Of a DNA stretch of 53,992 nucleotides, positions 1 to 8,647 are shown piece by piece. Below the pieces are notes generated by a model. That model saw only the letters and a program-made list of their open reading frames with translations. It did no database searches and was not told where the DNA came from. The translations under genes were made by a program, and so were the position numbers. Source of the stretch: a virus (lineage: Duplodnaviria; Caudoviricetes); IMG/VR virus record IMGVR_UViG_3300045107_000078, positions 1-53,992 of that record. The stretch is one strand, 5' to 3'. The first letter of the stretch is position 1. Each line of letters begins with the position of its first letter.

Positions 1-14
1 GTAACCTCCTATGC

Positions 15-257
15 CTATTCAACTGGCATGCGCCCGCCGCGTGACGGCAGGGCAGGCGTCTCCCTGTATTGCACTAAGATGATGGATTCCTGGCCGAAGG
101 CTGTGAGGGAGCCAGTCGGCCACCAACCGGCCTGCCAGAGCACGACCAGGCCATCGGCCCAATCACTGAAGCTGGCAATGAGGTTCTTGAGGTCGGGGGC
201 AACCGCGAAGGTCGCCCCGCCCAACTTGTCGATGGTGAGCAAGCCCATTGGCTTCAC
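15..257 (-). CDS. hypothetical protein
   Basis: Start overlaps the stop of the upstream gene (GTGA); followed by an AGGAGG RBS at the window edge. Confidence 0.5.
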   Translation of the reverse strand: MKPMGLLTIDKLGGATFAVAPDLKNLIASFSDWADGLVVLWQAGWWPTGSLTAFGQESIILVQYRETPALPSRGGRMPVE

Positions 258-607
258 TGCTGCACCTTCACCTGAACCGGTTCTGCGATGAGGCGCCGCA
301 GCGCCTCCATGACACAGTTCTCCAGTTCCTCGGCAACTGGCATGGCGATTTCCTGCTCGGTGGGGAAGAGGTGGAGTTCCATCGCCTCACCGAGAGGGGT
401 CCCCTGGTCGAAGCGGTGTACCACTGCGTCCAGCGTTGCCATAGCAGTATAGAAAGCGTCGTTGCCATCCTTCTTGACCCCGCGTTGCGCCAGATCGTCC
501 TCGACGTGGGCCAACTGATTGCCCACCTCATCGCTAATGACCTGCCGGAGCGAGAGGACCAGGGACTCGACAAATGCCACACGCTGACCTTCATTGAAGA
601 GTTTCAC
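254..607 (-). CDS. hypothetical protein
   Basis: Tightly packed minus-strand operon with AAGGAG upstream. Confidence 0.6.
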   Translation of the reverse strand: MKLFNEGQRVAFVESLVLSLRQVISDEVGNQLAHVEDDLAQRGVKKDGNDAFYTAMATLDAVVHRFDQGTPLGEAMELHLFPTEQEIAMPVAEELENCVMEALRRLIAEPVQVKVQQ

Positions 608-851
608 TTTCGTTCTCCTTCTGCACTAAAAGTTTGACCAGTCGCTCATCATTCTCCAAGAACAGGTTCTGGAGCATGGGGAGCATGCGTTCGCCATAGG
701 CTTTCCAGTCGGATTTCTTGCCACGCACATTGAGAGTGACGTTAGCAATCGCCTCACGACGCCGATGGTATTCCGGCCACCACTCACTCGATGGGATTCT
801 GTCCAGCAGATTGTCCAGGTCGAGGTAGTTGGTGGCCCACATGACTTTCAT
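591..851 (-). CDS. hypothetical protein
   Basis: ATG at 851 forms a TGATG overlap with the upstream stop. Confidence 0.55.
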   Translation of the reverse strand: MKVMWATNYLDLDNLLDRIPSSEWWPEYHRRREAIANVTLNVRGKKSDWKAYGERMLPMLQNLFLENDERLVKLLVQKENESETLQ

Positions 852-1654
852 CAGGGCTGTGATGTAGTCCAAGGGAATTCCTCGCGCCAGTTCTCAGCAG
901 CCCAAGGCAAGGAGCGCAGATTGCCCTTGAAGAAGACGGCTGCGCCCAGCTTGTCGGCAGTCTCCACCGTCCGGACCACATACTCGTGTTCTGGCGCGTA
1001 CTTCTGTGCGCCATTCGACGCCGCGCCAATCACAATCCAGTTCAGCGCGTTGGGGTAGGCGTTCATGTAGCTGTGCAGCGGAATGGTCAGTGGCTCGGCG
1101 CTCATCCACGTTGTCTTGGCGATACCACGCTCTTTGATTTCAGTGAGGGTGTTGAGGGCGGCAGTCAGCATTCGCTCCCGCTGGCCGTCCGTCAGCTTCT
1201 TGCCCCACATATAATCCGGCGGCGACGAGGCACCCACCCAGCAGTTATCCGGCAGCTGGAACTTCATCACGCGGCGCACGTTCTTCGTCAGGAAGATGAA
1301 CGTATGCCAGGACGCACGGCGGGCCACGTCGATAATCGCCTGCACCTGCTCCTCCGGCACCCAATGACCGAACACATCAGCCATTGAGCCGACGAAGATG
1401 CGGCTGGGCGCTTTGACGTTCAGCGGCTTCTCCAACTCCTTCGGCTCCCAATAGTGGTGCTCGAAGCCGTGCGGATAAGCTGCCTGCGCTACTTTCTCAG
1501 CCACGTTCTCGGCGTAGCAGTTGGCGATCTGGCCGTTGGGCATGGTCCACTGGCAACCATGCATACAACCCTTGATGGGGTTGTACGTGTAGTCGCACCA
1601 TTCGATTCCTCGACTGATGCTGCCGTCCTTGAGTTTCTTCTTCTGCTTATTCAT
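851..1654 (-). CDS. DUF5131 / phage Gp37Gp68 family protein (radical-SAM-like)
   Basis: IEWCDYTYNPIKGC..GC...NCYA, RIFVGSMADVF, HTFIFLTK, SAEPL, WIVIG and VFFKG motifs. Confidence 0.85.
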   Translation of the reverse strand: MNKQKKKLKDGSISRGIEWCDYTYNPIKGCMHGCQWTMPNGQIANCYAENVAEKVAQAAYPHGFEHHYWEPKELEKPLNVKAPSRIFVGSMADVFGHWVPEEQVQAIIDVARRASWHTFIFLTKNVRRVMKFQLPDNCWVGASSPPDYMWGKKLTDGQRERMLTAALNTLTEIKERGIAKTTWMSAEPLTIPLHSYMNAYPNALNWIVIGAASNGAQKYAPEHEYVVRTVETADKLGAAVFFKGNLRSLPWAAENWREEFPWTTSQP

Positions 1655-1983
1655 GCCACATCCTCAATGCCATTGAGGAGAACTTCCACGCACGTTGAGA
1701 GATATTCCGCCAGAGTGAAGTTCTCCATAACCTCCAGCGGAATCTCAGCCTTGAGGCACCAGTCGTAGGCCGCTTTCATGTAGCGGACGGTCTGCGCCCG
1801 CATCTTGTCAAAGTTCGCCAGCGCCTCGGCAGTGGCCTTCTCGTCGAACTCGCCGTCCTCGGTCTCAATGTCCGCTTCCTCAATGTCCTGGCGCATCGCG
1901 GCCATGCCGACAATCCGGACGTTGCCAGAGCCGCGCACGAGTTCCAGGTCAATCGGAGCGGGGTAGGGCTTGATGTCGCTCAT
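1651..1983 (-). CDS. hypothetical acidic protein
   Basis: ATGA overlaps at both ends. Confidence 0.6.
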   Translation of the reverse strand: MSDIKPYPAPIDLELVRGSGNVRIVGMAAMRQDIEEADIETEDGEFDEKATAEALANFDKMRAQTVRYMKAAYDWCLKAEIPLEVMENFTLAEYLSTCVEVLLNGIEDVA

Positions 1984-2261
1984 TCGAGTTTCCACACCTT
2001 GATGTCGCCCGCGCCATGAACCTTCGCGGCAGTGATGGCCTGGATGATGATGGCGTCAATCGCATCGAACGCTCCCTGAGACAGGAATTGTTCAATCTCA
2101 TCGCTGCCCAGGTCCAGCAGGATAAAGTCGTCTGCCTTCCTCTCGACGTAGCTGATGGTCTTCAACCGCTCCCATAGTTCAGCCGCCTGCTTCAGGCTGT
2201 CAATGTTCCAGTCCATGACTGGCTCGATGGTCACTTCCCCGATGCCGAACTCCAACTCCAT
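1980..2261 (-). CDS. hypothetical protein
   Basis: GGAGG RBS before ATG 2261; operon packing. Confidence 0.55.
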   Translation of the reverse strand: MELEFGIGEVTIEPVMDWNIDSLKQAAELWERLKTISYVERKADDFILLDLGSDEIEQFLSQGAFDAIDAIIIQAITAAKVHGAGDIKVWKLE

Positions 2262-2263
2262 GT

Positions 2264-2671
2264 TTAGTACCTCCACTGACGGCCATACTTCCACTGCACA
2301 TAGATTCCACGCTTGAAGCTGATGGAGTTCCAGTCCTCTCCAACAACCTCACAAATGCGCCGTACAATCTTGGCGCGGCCTATGCCCTTCGCTGTACGCA
2401 TCTTGATTGCCATTTTCCGGTAAAACTGCGTCACCTCGAATCCGGCAGCTTCCAGCGCATGAAGGCGCTGCACCAACAGACCGTCCCAATCCTCGTGCCA
2501 ATTCCATCGGCTACCGTCCCAGCCCTTGTCCCTGTAGGCATACTCAAGGTCGAGACGTGCGGCATAGGCACCCGCTCCTGGCCCAATGGCTTGAAGCTGC
2601 GGCAGTAACTCGGCGTACAGTTCGAACTGGCGCTTGTAGTTGGCGATCTGCTCCTCAAGCGGCGTTGCCAT
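2264..2671 (-). CDS. hypothetical protein
   Basis: GGAGG RBS; operon packing. Confidence 0.6.
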   Translation of the reverse strand: MATPLEEQIANYKRQFELYAELLPQLQAIGPGAGAYAARLDLEYAYRDKGWDGSRWNWHEDWDGLLVQRLHALEAAGFEVTQFYRKMAIKMRTAKGIGRAKIVRRICEVVGEDWNSISFKRGIYVQWKYGRQWRY

Positions 2672-2948
2672 GCGGTTCCTCCAGCTTTTTCAGGATGATG
2701 ACTTTGGCCTTTTCGTGTCGCGTCTTGGTCTGGTAGCCGAACCGTATGTAGCCCAGCTTCTCCAGACGGCGATACTGGAAGTACATTCCAGACTTGGTGG
2801 TGCCGAACCAGGCTGCGGCCTGGGCGTAGTAGGGCGGCTTGCCGTGAGCCGCCTCATAGTCCTGCACCCAGCGCATAATATCGGCCAGTCGCTTCGTCAT
2901 GCGTGGGCCACGCGGTCGCCGGTCGGTTGAATACCATCCGCTCGGCAT
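2655..2948 (-). CDS. LexA-type N-terminal winged-helix DNA-binding protein without a peptidase domain
   Basis: MTKRLADIMRWVQDY...HGKPP...AAWFG..KS......RRLEKLGYI matches the LexA DNA-binding domain pattern; GGAGG RBS before ATG 2948. Confidence 0.7.
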   Translation of the reverse strand: MPSGWYSTDRRPRGPRMTKRLADIMRWVQDYEAAHGKPPYYAQAAAWFGTTKSGMYFQYRRLEKLGYIRFGYQTKTRHEKAKVIILKKLEEPHGNAA

Positions 2949-2950
2949 GA

Positions 2951-3094
2951 TTACCTCCAGCTGAACAGGAAGATGAGCGTGATGCTCAGTTCCAGCACAC
3001 AAAACTTGTACCAGTTCAGCGGTCGGTGCTGCGGGCGATTCCGTAGCCACTGCTGGTGACGCTTCTGATAGTAGCGACGGTCTTTGCGGTTCAT
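2951..3094 (-). CDS. 47-aa basic protein with hydrophobic C-terminus (not in the ORF track)
   Basis: AAGGAGG-ATT-ATG start; translates MNRKDRRYYQKRHQQWLRNRPQHRPLNWYKFCVLELSITLIFLFSWR; fills the gap between neighbours. Confidence 0.5.
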   Translation of the reverse strand: MNRKDRRYYQKRHQQWLRNRPQHRPLNWYKFCVLELSITLIFLFSWR

Positions 3095-3627
3095 AATCCT
3101 CCTTGAGAACCGGTTCTGATAGCCCGAACTTGCTGACGGCGGCGATGCATCCGCGCCGTCAATTCCTCATAGGTCAGGGCGGTTGCGTGAAGCATCCCGC
3201 CCAGCGGCTTGGCCCAGGCCCACGACACCCAGCAGGGAATGTGGGTCCATCCTGCCCGCTGCGCAGCCAGCCAGCGGTGGTGGCCGTTGATAATCCCCAT
3301 CTCCGAGTAGTCCTGCATCTGCATGACAAGGATGGGCGGCGGCAGAGAGCCAGCCTGCATCCGCTCGGCGTACAGGACGATCTTCTTATGAAACTTCTCA
3401 TGGCTCGGTTCCAGCGGCGTCAGGCATTCGACCGGAAGCCAGCGGAACTGCTCCAGATGGTGGTGGTCAACCTGCTCCAGCGCCCGCACCGTGTAGGGCA
3501 GGACGTAGGCGATAACCCACTCACGGTCCTGCCACAGTGAGGTGTTGTCCAGTTCAGCGAGGGTCGGACGCGGGAACGCCTCAATGGGATACTTCCACAG
3601 CATGTTGCGCGGGCAAATGACAGGCAT
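3091..3627 (-). CDS. ParB/Srx-like N-terminal domain protein
   Basis: LPPPILV...IINGHHRWLAAQRAG..HIPCWV motif; GGAGGAG RBS. Confidence 0.75.
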   Translation of the reverse strand: MPVICPRNMLWKYPIEAFPRPTLAELDNTSLWQDREWVIAYVLPYTVRALEQVDHHHLEQFRWLPVECLTPLEPSHEKFHKKIVLYAERMQAGSLPPPILVMQMQDYSEMGIINGHHRWLAAQRAGWTHIPCWVSWAWAKPLGGMLHATALTYEELTARMHRRRQQVRAIRTGSQGGL

Positions 3628-3628
3628 G

Positions 3629-3835
3629 TTACTCCTCCAGTCGGGATGCCTGGGCAGCCAGCCAGGTCGCCAGCTGCCGAAATTCGGAATAGGTGAGAAC
3701 AATGGGTGTGCTGTCGCCGTCCTGATTCAGTTCCATCGAGACCACGCCATCCTCTGGATGGATGTACAGGTCGGCGCCGACGCCTGATTCGTCGTCATCG
3801 GGCGTATCACTGATGATGATGCTGATAATCTCCAT
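3629..3835 (-). CDS. hypothetical acidic protein
   Basis: TGATG overlap with the upstream gene. Confidence 0.5.
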   Translation of the reverse strand: MEIISIIISDTPDDDESGVGADLYIHPEDGVVSMELNQDGDSTPIVLTYSEFRQLATWLAAQASRLEE

Positions 3836-4302
3836 CAGAACGTCCTCATGACTTCGGACCGCAGCGCGGTCAGGTCGCCATTGAACAGCGCGGCACTGAT
3901 GGCGGTGGTCGCTTCCTGAACGGCATTGGCGCTGGCCGTCCGGCACATCTCCTTTTTGCTGGAGTAGGGCAGGATGTTGCATTTGCCAACCAGCCCGCTA
4001 ATCCAGACCAGCTTTTCGTCATGGACCACGTAGATGTCCAGATAGGTGAAGCTGTTGCCGTGCTTCTTCTGGAAGATGTAGAGGGTCGCGCCGCGCTCAA
4101 CGAGACGGTGCAGCCGCCCCCAATCGCCGGACTTGCCCTCGTGCTTGTCGTGCTCGATGTTGTACAGAGCCTCGTCAGCACTGCGGCGCATGGACTGAAT
4201 CCACATCCGCAGGCCGTCCTCGCGGTTGTTGAAGCGGGCGAGGTCTGGTTCGAAGTCGCGGATGTGCTTCAGTGCCTGAATCAGTTCTTGCAGCTTGCTC
4301 AT
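3835..4302 (-). CDS. hypothetical protein
   Basis: AAGGAG RBS; operon packing. Confidence 0.65.
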   Translation of the reverse strand: MSKLQELIQALKHIRDFEPDLARFNNREDGLRMWIQSMRRSADEALYNIEHDKHEGKSGDWGRLHRLVERGATLYIFQKKHGNSFTYLDIYVVHDEKLVWISGLVGKCNILPYSSKKEMCRTASANAVQEATTAISAALFNGDLTALRSEVMRTF

Positions 4303-4326
4303 GTCGGTCTCCTTGGTGAATGGGTC

Positions 4327-4350
4327 GAAAGAGGGGCGGCGAACCGCCCC
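4327..4350 (-). terminator. intergenic hairpin / putative intrinsic terminator
   Basis: GGGGCGG-TTCG-CCGCCCC followed by TCTTT on the minus strand. Confidence 0.55.
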
Positions 4351-4387
4351 AGGTTTGCTACACTGTCAGTGCGTCGGCTGCTGTGTT

Positions 4388-5092
4388 CTACTCGTCACCG
4401 GAGCGCAGGAACGTCTCGTTGGTGAAGAGTACAGGGCCAGCGACCGGCGCACCCCCCGCCAGACGGCTGGCAAGGTCGTTCCAGTCAGGCTCATTGGGCA
4501 GCAGCATCTCGTCGCCCACGATGAGCCGGTAATTCGCTTCGAGGTACATGAAGGCAATCCGGTCCTGCACCACGTCGCGCATCTCATTGAGGGTGAAGGT
4601 GCCACTGCGCGGCACAATGACCTCTGGCGCAGCGTCAGGGCGCAGGATGTAGGACTTGTCAGGGTCCATGCGCCAGGACGGTTCACTGTTCTCAAGCCGT
4701 TTCTGACCCTTCAGGGCACTCAGCCACATGCCTTCGCAGAACCCCGCCACGTCATGCTGGCTCAGGGCGAAGAAGGTCTTGGGCGTGTCGTCCGCAAAGG
4801 TAATCAGCTGCTCCGGATACCCGCCGTCTGCCAGCATTCGGCTGATGGCCGGATACCAGTTGCCGTTCTGCGGGTTTATCCAGAAGGTCACGATGGGGTC
4901 AGGCATGCTGTCGCCAGACGTGAGGTGGCCCACGTTGACGAAATGCTTGCCCACCTTCTCAATGATGAGCGGCTGGAAGCTGCCCATCTCCAGCCGCAGG
5001 TGAGCGTAAGGCACATCCAGTGGGAACTCATGCCGGTCGGCAATCTTCCGGATGTACTGCGAGAACTTCGGAACGGAACGCAATGCTGGCAT
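4388..5092 (-). CDS. two-domain protein, DUF6908-like N-terminus plus DUF3846-like C-terminus
   Basis: HLRLE...QPLIIE.VG...VGH...GD.MPDP, then TLNEM..VV...I...YL...LIV..E....P.WN..AS.L.G...VAGPVL. Confidence 0.55.
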   Translation of the reverse strand: MPALRSVPKFSQYIRKIADRHEFPLDVPYAHLRLEMGSFQPLIIEKVGKHFVNVGHLTSGDSMPDPIVTFWINPQNGNWYPAISRMLADGGYPEQLITFADDTPKTFFALSQHDVAGFCEGMWLSALKGQKRLENSEPSWRMDPDKSYILRPDAAPEVIVPRSGTFTLNEMRDVVQDRIAFMYLEANYRLIVGDEMLLPNEPDWNDLASRLAGGAPVAGPVLFTNETFLRSGDE

Positions 5093-5248
5093 TACTTGAC
5101 CTCGCTTTCTAAACGGTTTACTGTGCGATAGACAACGAGGCCGCGCCGGTCCAGCACGATCTCGTACATCCCATTGGGGTAAGAGGGCAGGGCAGAGATG
5201 TAACCGTTCTCGCCGCCGCCTTGCTGCCAGCGGTCTACCGGTGACGCG

Positions 5249-5668
5249 CTACCACAGTTCGAACGTCTGGCTGTCGCGTTTGCGGTAGCAGTCGAGGCAG
5301 ATGATTTCGCCCTTGCCATTCTCGAAGTAGCCGCCGTTCTTGGGAGCATGGCAGCAGACACAGCGCGGGGCTTCGCCCAGCACCTTTACAGCCGCCGTGC
5401 CGCGATGCAGGTGGGCAACCAGGTGCAGCGTGTCGATGTACAGCACGTTCCCATCGGGGTAGCGCGACAGGCGATTCCCGCTACCAGTCGCAATCGAGAC
5501 GTGACCGGCGGTTTCGATGGAAGTCACGACGCCAGAGACGGCGAACTGTTGCTCCCACCAGTGTTCGGACCAGTCGGCCACGCGGCAGACGCCATTGACC
5601 TCGATGGCAACCTTATGACCGACATGGAGAATGGCTTCGCCGTTGATGTTCAGGGTGTTCGTCTTCAT
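5249..5668 (-). CDS. hypothetical protein with C-terminal CxxC...CxxC zinc finger
   Basis: CVCC...CLDC; AAGGAGG RBS. Confidence 0.6.
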   Translation of the reverse strand: MKTNTLNINGEAILHVGHKVAIEVNGVCRVADWSEHWWEQQFAVSGVVTSIETAGHVSIATGSGNRLSRYPDGNVLYIDTLHLVAHLHRGTAAVKVLGEAPRCVCCHAPKNGGYFENGKGEIICLDCYRKRDSQTFELW

Positions 5669-5690
5669 TGGGTCCTCCTTAGAACCGGTT

Positions 5691-6308
5691 CTAGTAGCAT
5701 TCGGGTTGTTGGCGCAGGCTCAGGGCTTCGTTCACATCGTCATGATGGAACGGGTCTATACAGACCATCCGCCCATCCATCGAGAGCCAGTCGCCATTGC
5801 CGAAGTCATCCCAAATGTGCTGGCAGTCGTAATCATGAACGAATTCGACCGGCTCCCTCAGTTCGGGGTACTCCTCACTGAGTTTGTAGATGGCGTCCCA
5901 GCGCCGCATCTGAACCGGCACGTTATCAACCATCCGCATGGGTATAAGCAGGTTGCGGATGGCACGGCGGATTTGCTTGGAACGGCGCAGCTGCTCGTCG
6001 GTGAGCGGGTCGAGCCGACGCACGAGGCAGCGGTAAACCGGCAGCGTGACGTGCTTCCATTCAAGGCGGGTGCTATAGCGGTTGGGCAGGCCGAAGCCGT
6101 AGTAGTGAGCCTCGCCTTCCTCGGTGTAGTAGTCCAGGGTGATGTCCAGCCCACGCTGCCACCACTCCAGTTTCATCTGCTCGACCGTGTAGCATTCCAG
6201 CACGTTGGGGTCGGCGGTCTCGTAGATGATGGATGTGTTGCCCTTATTGATGCGTGGGGCATCGGGCAACTTCACACCGACAATTTTGTTGGGGGTCAGG
6301 CGCATCAT
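5691..6308 (-). CDS. hypothetical protein, possibly a degenerate protein-kinase-like fold
   Basis: GGAGG RBS; INKGNTSIIYE, DDFGNGDWL and VCIDPF loosely follow kinase subdomains I, VIb and VII. Confidence 0.55.
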   Translation of the reverse strand: MMRLTPNKIVGVKLPDAPRINKGNTSIIYETADPNVLECYTVEQMKLEWWQRGLDITLDYYTEEGEAHYYGFGLPNRYSTRLEWKHVTLPVYRCLVRRLDPLTDEQLRRSKQIRRAIRNLLIPMRMVDNVPVQMRRWDAIYKLSEEYPELREPVEFVHDYDCQHIWDDFGNGDWLSMDGRMVCIDPFHHDDVNEALSLRQQPECY

Positions 6309-6327
6309 GGCAGTAATCCTCCTGAGA

Positions 6328-7092
6328 TTAGCGGAACAGGGCAATGAGTTGGAGAAGGCTGAAAGCAGTATTGGCATCCCGCAGCCACAGATGGCCGTCA
6401 TCGGTGCCACGTTCCATCTCGTAACTGGCAGCGTCACCGAGGCGTTCGGCTACGGTCTTCGCCAGGTCGAGGAGTTCCTTGAGCGAGTGGCCGTCCGCCA
6501 CCAGCTTCTCAATGGCCTCGGTCGGGATGTCGCCAATGAGGTTGTCGGGGTCGTCTTCGGTGGGGTAGGGGTCGCCCCAGCCATCCTCTTCGAGGAACTG
6601 GATGTCGTCCTCGTCGATGTAGGGCCGCACGATGCGGTTGGGGTCTGGCGTCACCTCCGGCAGGCCCAGCGTCTGCTTTGCCGCGTCGTAAGCGTCCCAG
6701 CGCTGGGTGGCGTCGTTGGCGTCCGTGTACCACTTCACCAGTAGGGCCACCTTCTCATCACTGAGCGCAGCAACCTTCTCGGCCACCACCTTGGGGTCGT
6801 ACTCATTGAACTCGTTGATCGACCGTTCCAGTGTCTGGCGCGGGGTCTCCGGCTCAATGACCGTGTAATCCAAATCGCGCAGATAGCCGACGATGATACG
6901 GTTGAAGTCGGCCACAGGGATGCTGTAGAAGCCGCCGTTGAGTTCCTTACCCGCCTTGCCGACTGGCACCAGGTTGACGGTCTGGCTGGCGTCGAAGTGG
7001 TACAGGTGCAGCCGTTTCAGGGCGACCGTCCCGTTACGCCCTGTGGTGATCGCATCGCCGGTGACTGGCCCATTGTGCAGATTAGTGGACAT
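6328..7092 (-). CDS. hypothetical acidic protein
   Basis: GGAGG RBS before ATG 7092. Confidence 0.65.
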   Translation of the reverse strand: MSTNLHNGPVTGDAITTGRNGTVALKRLHLYHFDASQTVNLVPVGKAGKELNGGFYSIPVADFNRIIVGYLRDLDYTVIEPETPRQTLERSINEFNEYDPKVVAEKVAALSDEKVALLVKWYTDANDATQRWDAYDAAKQTLGLPEVTPDPNRIVRPYIDEDDIQFLEEDGWGDPYPTEDDPDNLIGDIPTEAIEKLVADGHSLKELLDLAKTVAERLGDAASYEMERGTDDGHLWLRDANTAFSLLQLIALFR

Positions 7093-7507
7093 TGACAACC
7101 TCCTGATACTCGCAGCGTTCGAAGACGCGGACACAGATGGGGTGGGTGAATGCTTCCTCGCCGTCCTTGACCCATTCCTGCGCCGCCGCCAGATCGCCAA
7201 ACTTCAGAATCTCGCGGTGGGCGTCGGGGTCCATCATGAACAGGCCATTGGCGTCGGCCAGCACGTAATACTCGTCCACCACGTATTCCTTGTTGGCGCC
7301 GTTGGCGGGCTTCTCGGTGGTGAGGAAATGCTCATGGACGAAGTAGGGCAATTTCGCGCCGGTAAAGCGCACGAAGTAACCGTACTTCTCGATGGAGATG
7401 AGCGTGGCCGGTGTTCCGGCGGGGAAAACGACAACGTTAGGGTCGCCGCTGCCCAGGTGGGCCTCAGTGATGTCCTGACTGGCGTACAGCGTAATCGTGA
7501 GGGGCAT
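7082..7507 (-). CDS. hypothetical protein
   Basis: Operon packing. Confidence 0.6.
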   Translation of the reverse strand: MPLTITLYASQDITEAHLGSGDPNVVVFPAGTPATLISIEKYGYFVRFTGAKLPYFVHEHFLTTEKPANGANKEYVVDEYYVLADANGLFMMDPDAHREILKFGDLAAAQEWVKDGEEAFTHPICVRVFERCEYQEVVNVH

Positions 7508-7509
7508 TG

Positions 7510-7716
7510 TTAACCTTCCTGAACAATTTGGATGTTGCGGATACCGTGCCGCACGATGCGGCCTTCTTCCTCAAGGGCCTTCAGCCAGCCCTGAGCCGTG
7601 TTGGGATTGACCGCGAAGTGCTTGGCGAGGTCAACGCCAGCAGGGGCGTAACCCCTGCACTGGCCGTGTTCTTCGATGTAGGCCAGCACTGCTGCCAGCC
7701 TCTCGGTATGCTTCAT
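7510..7716 (-). CDS. 68-aa LexA-type winged-helix DNA-binding protein
   Basis: TERLAAVLAYIEEH....GYAP...DLAKHF.V.......WLKALEEEGRIVR...R.IQIV matches the LexA DNA-binding domain. Confidence 0.75.
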   Translation of the reverse strand: MKHTERLAAVLAYIEEHGQCRGYAPAGVDLAKHFAVNPNTAQGWLKALEEEGRIVRHGIRNIQIVQEG

Positions 7717-8102
7717 CAGGCAGTCTCGTTGAGAACCGGTTCTGGCAGGATGGGAGCGGTCTTCGCGGCCTGATGGAGTTGCATGTGGACGGCCATCACG
7801 CAGAGGGTATGGCCCAGGTCGTAGGCCAGCTTGCGCTCACTGAAGAGGTGGGGCAGCAGCGTAAGCGGTTGGCCGTGAAACAGAATCTGGAAGCGGTCGC
7901 CCGACTGTTCCCAGCTGAAGGCGTTGGGGCCAGCTACCTCGCCATCCAGCGCAAAGGCGGTGTTGAGGTATGCCTGTCCCAGCTTGATAGCCAGGTCCAC
8001 ATCGTACAGGTGGCCGGCCAGCGGTTCGGGTTCGCCGCAGAAGGTGAGGGAGAGGTCCAGTTTGTGGTCGTCGGTGGGGGTAATCTTGGTCTCGTAGCAC
8101 AT
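7716..8102 (-). CDS. hypothetical protein
   Basis: AGGAGG RBS; TGATG overlap with the downstream gene. Confidence 0.6.
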   Translation of the reverse strand: MCYETKITPTDDHKLDLSLTFCGEPEPLAGHLYDVDLAIKLGQAYLNTAFALDGEVAGPNAFSWEQSGDRFQILFHGQPLTLLPHLFSERKLAYDLGHTLCVMAVHMQLHQAAKTAPILPEPVLNETA

Positions 8103-8115
8103 GGCAGTTGTCCTC

Positions 8116-8271
8116 CTATTCGGGCCGCACGGCGGTCTCGATCACATCGAACTTGTGGAGTATGCGGCGCATCCGCTCTTGGTTGGCTGCGGATGCCTCG
8201 ATAAGCGCCTGCTGGCCCTTGCCAATCATGAGGCTCAACAGGCGGTCCATCAGGAACGTGAGTAGGCTCAC
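8116..8271 (-). CDS. small hypothetical protein
   Basis: First ORF after a predicted promoter; stop abuts the next RBS; start uncertain. Confidence 0.4.
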   Translation of the reverse strand: MSLLTFLMDRLLSLMIGKGQQALIEASAANQERMRRILHKFDVIETAVRPE

Positions 8272-8306
8272 AGTGATACCTTTTCCAGAACCGGTTCTGG
8301 ATAGCA

Positions 8307-8320
8307 CTAATTATAGCAGA
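8307..8320 (-). promoter_or_regulatory. extended -10 promoter (TCTGCTATAATTAG) with palindrome just downstream at 8287
   Basis: TGnTATAAT; identical 14-mer at 11612-11625. Confidence 0.65.
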
Positions 8321-8332
8321 GTTTTGCGGGAA

Positions 8333-8596
8333 TTAAAACTGAAGATATTCCGAATATTCGGAATACGCAGGTTCTTCCCGCTCTTCGCCTTCGGGTTCGG
8401 CGGTCTCATCCTCACCCTCACTGGCCCATTCGGGGTCGAGCGGGATGTCCCGCATCTTCTGAACTATCTGCTGCCATGCGTGGGCCTCGTTCAGGCTCAT
8501 GGACATGGGGACGGGCATGTTGACGATTTCTTCCAGCGCTTTGCGATATTCGTTCACGGCAGTCTCCTTCGTGTGGCTAAGGTTGAGTGTTGTCAA
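8333..8596 (-). CDS. hypothetical protein with acidic tail
   Basis: Fills the gap; TTG start uncertain. Confidence 0.45.
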   Translation of the reverse strand: MTTLNLSHTKETAVNEYRKALEEIVNMPVPMSMSLNEAHAWQQIVQKMRDIPLDPEWASEGEDETAEPEGEEREEPAYSEYSEYLQF

Positions 8597-8647
8597 TTTC
8601 CGTAGAGGATATAAGAGTCTCCTCTACGGATTTTGGTAACGGGGTGG

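Noticed and set aside
3091-3627. ParB-like gene as part of a ParABS system
   Set aside because: No ParA nearby and no HTH domain after the ParB N-terminal domain; such domains are common stand-alone phage genes
5092-5361. ORF 5092..5361 as a full gene
   Set aside because: Its 5' part overlaps 5249..5668 and no convincing RBS or start was found for the remainder
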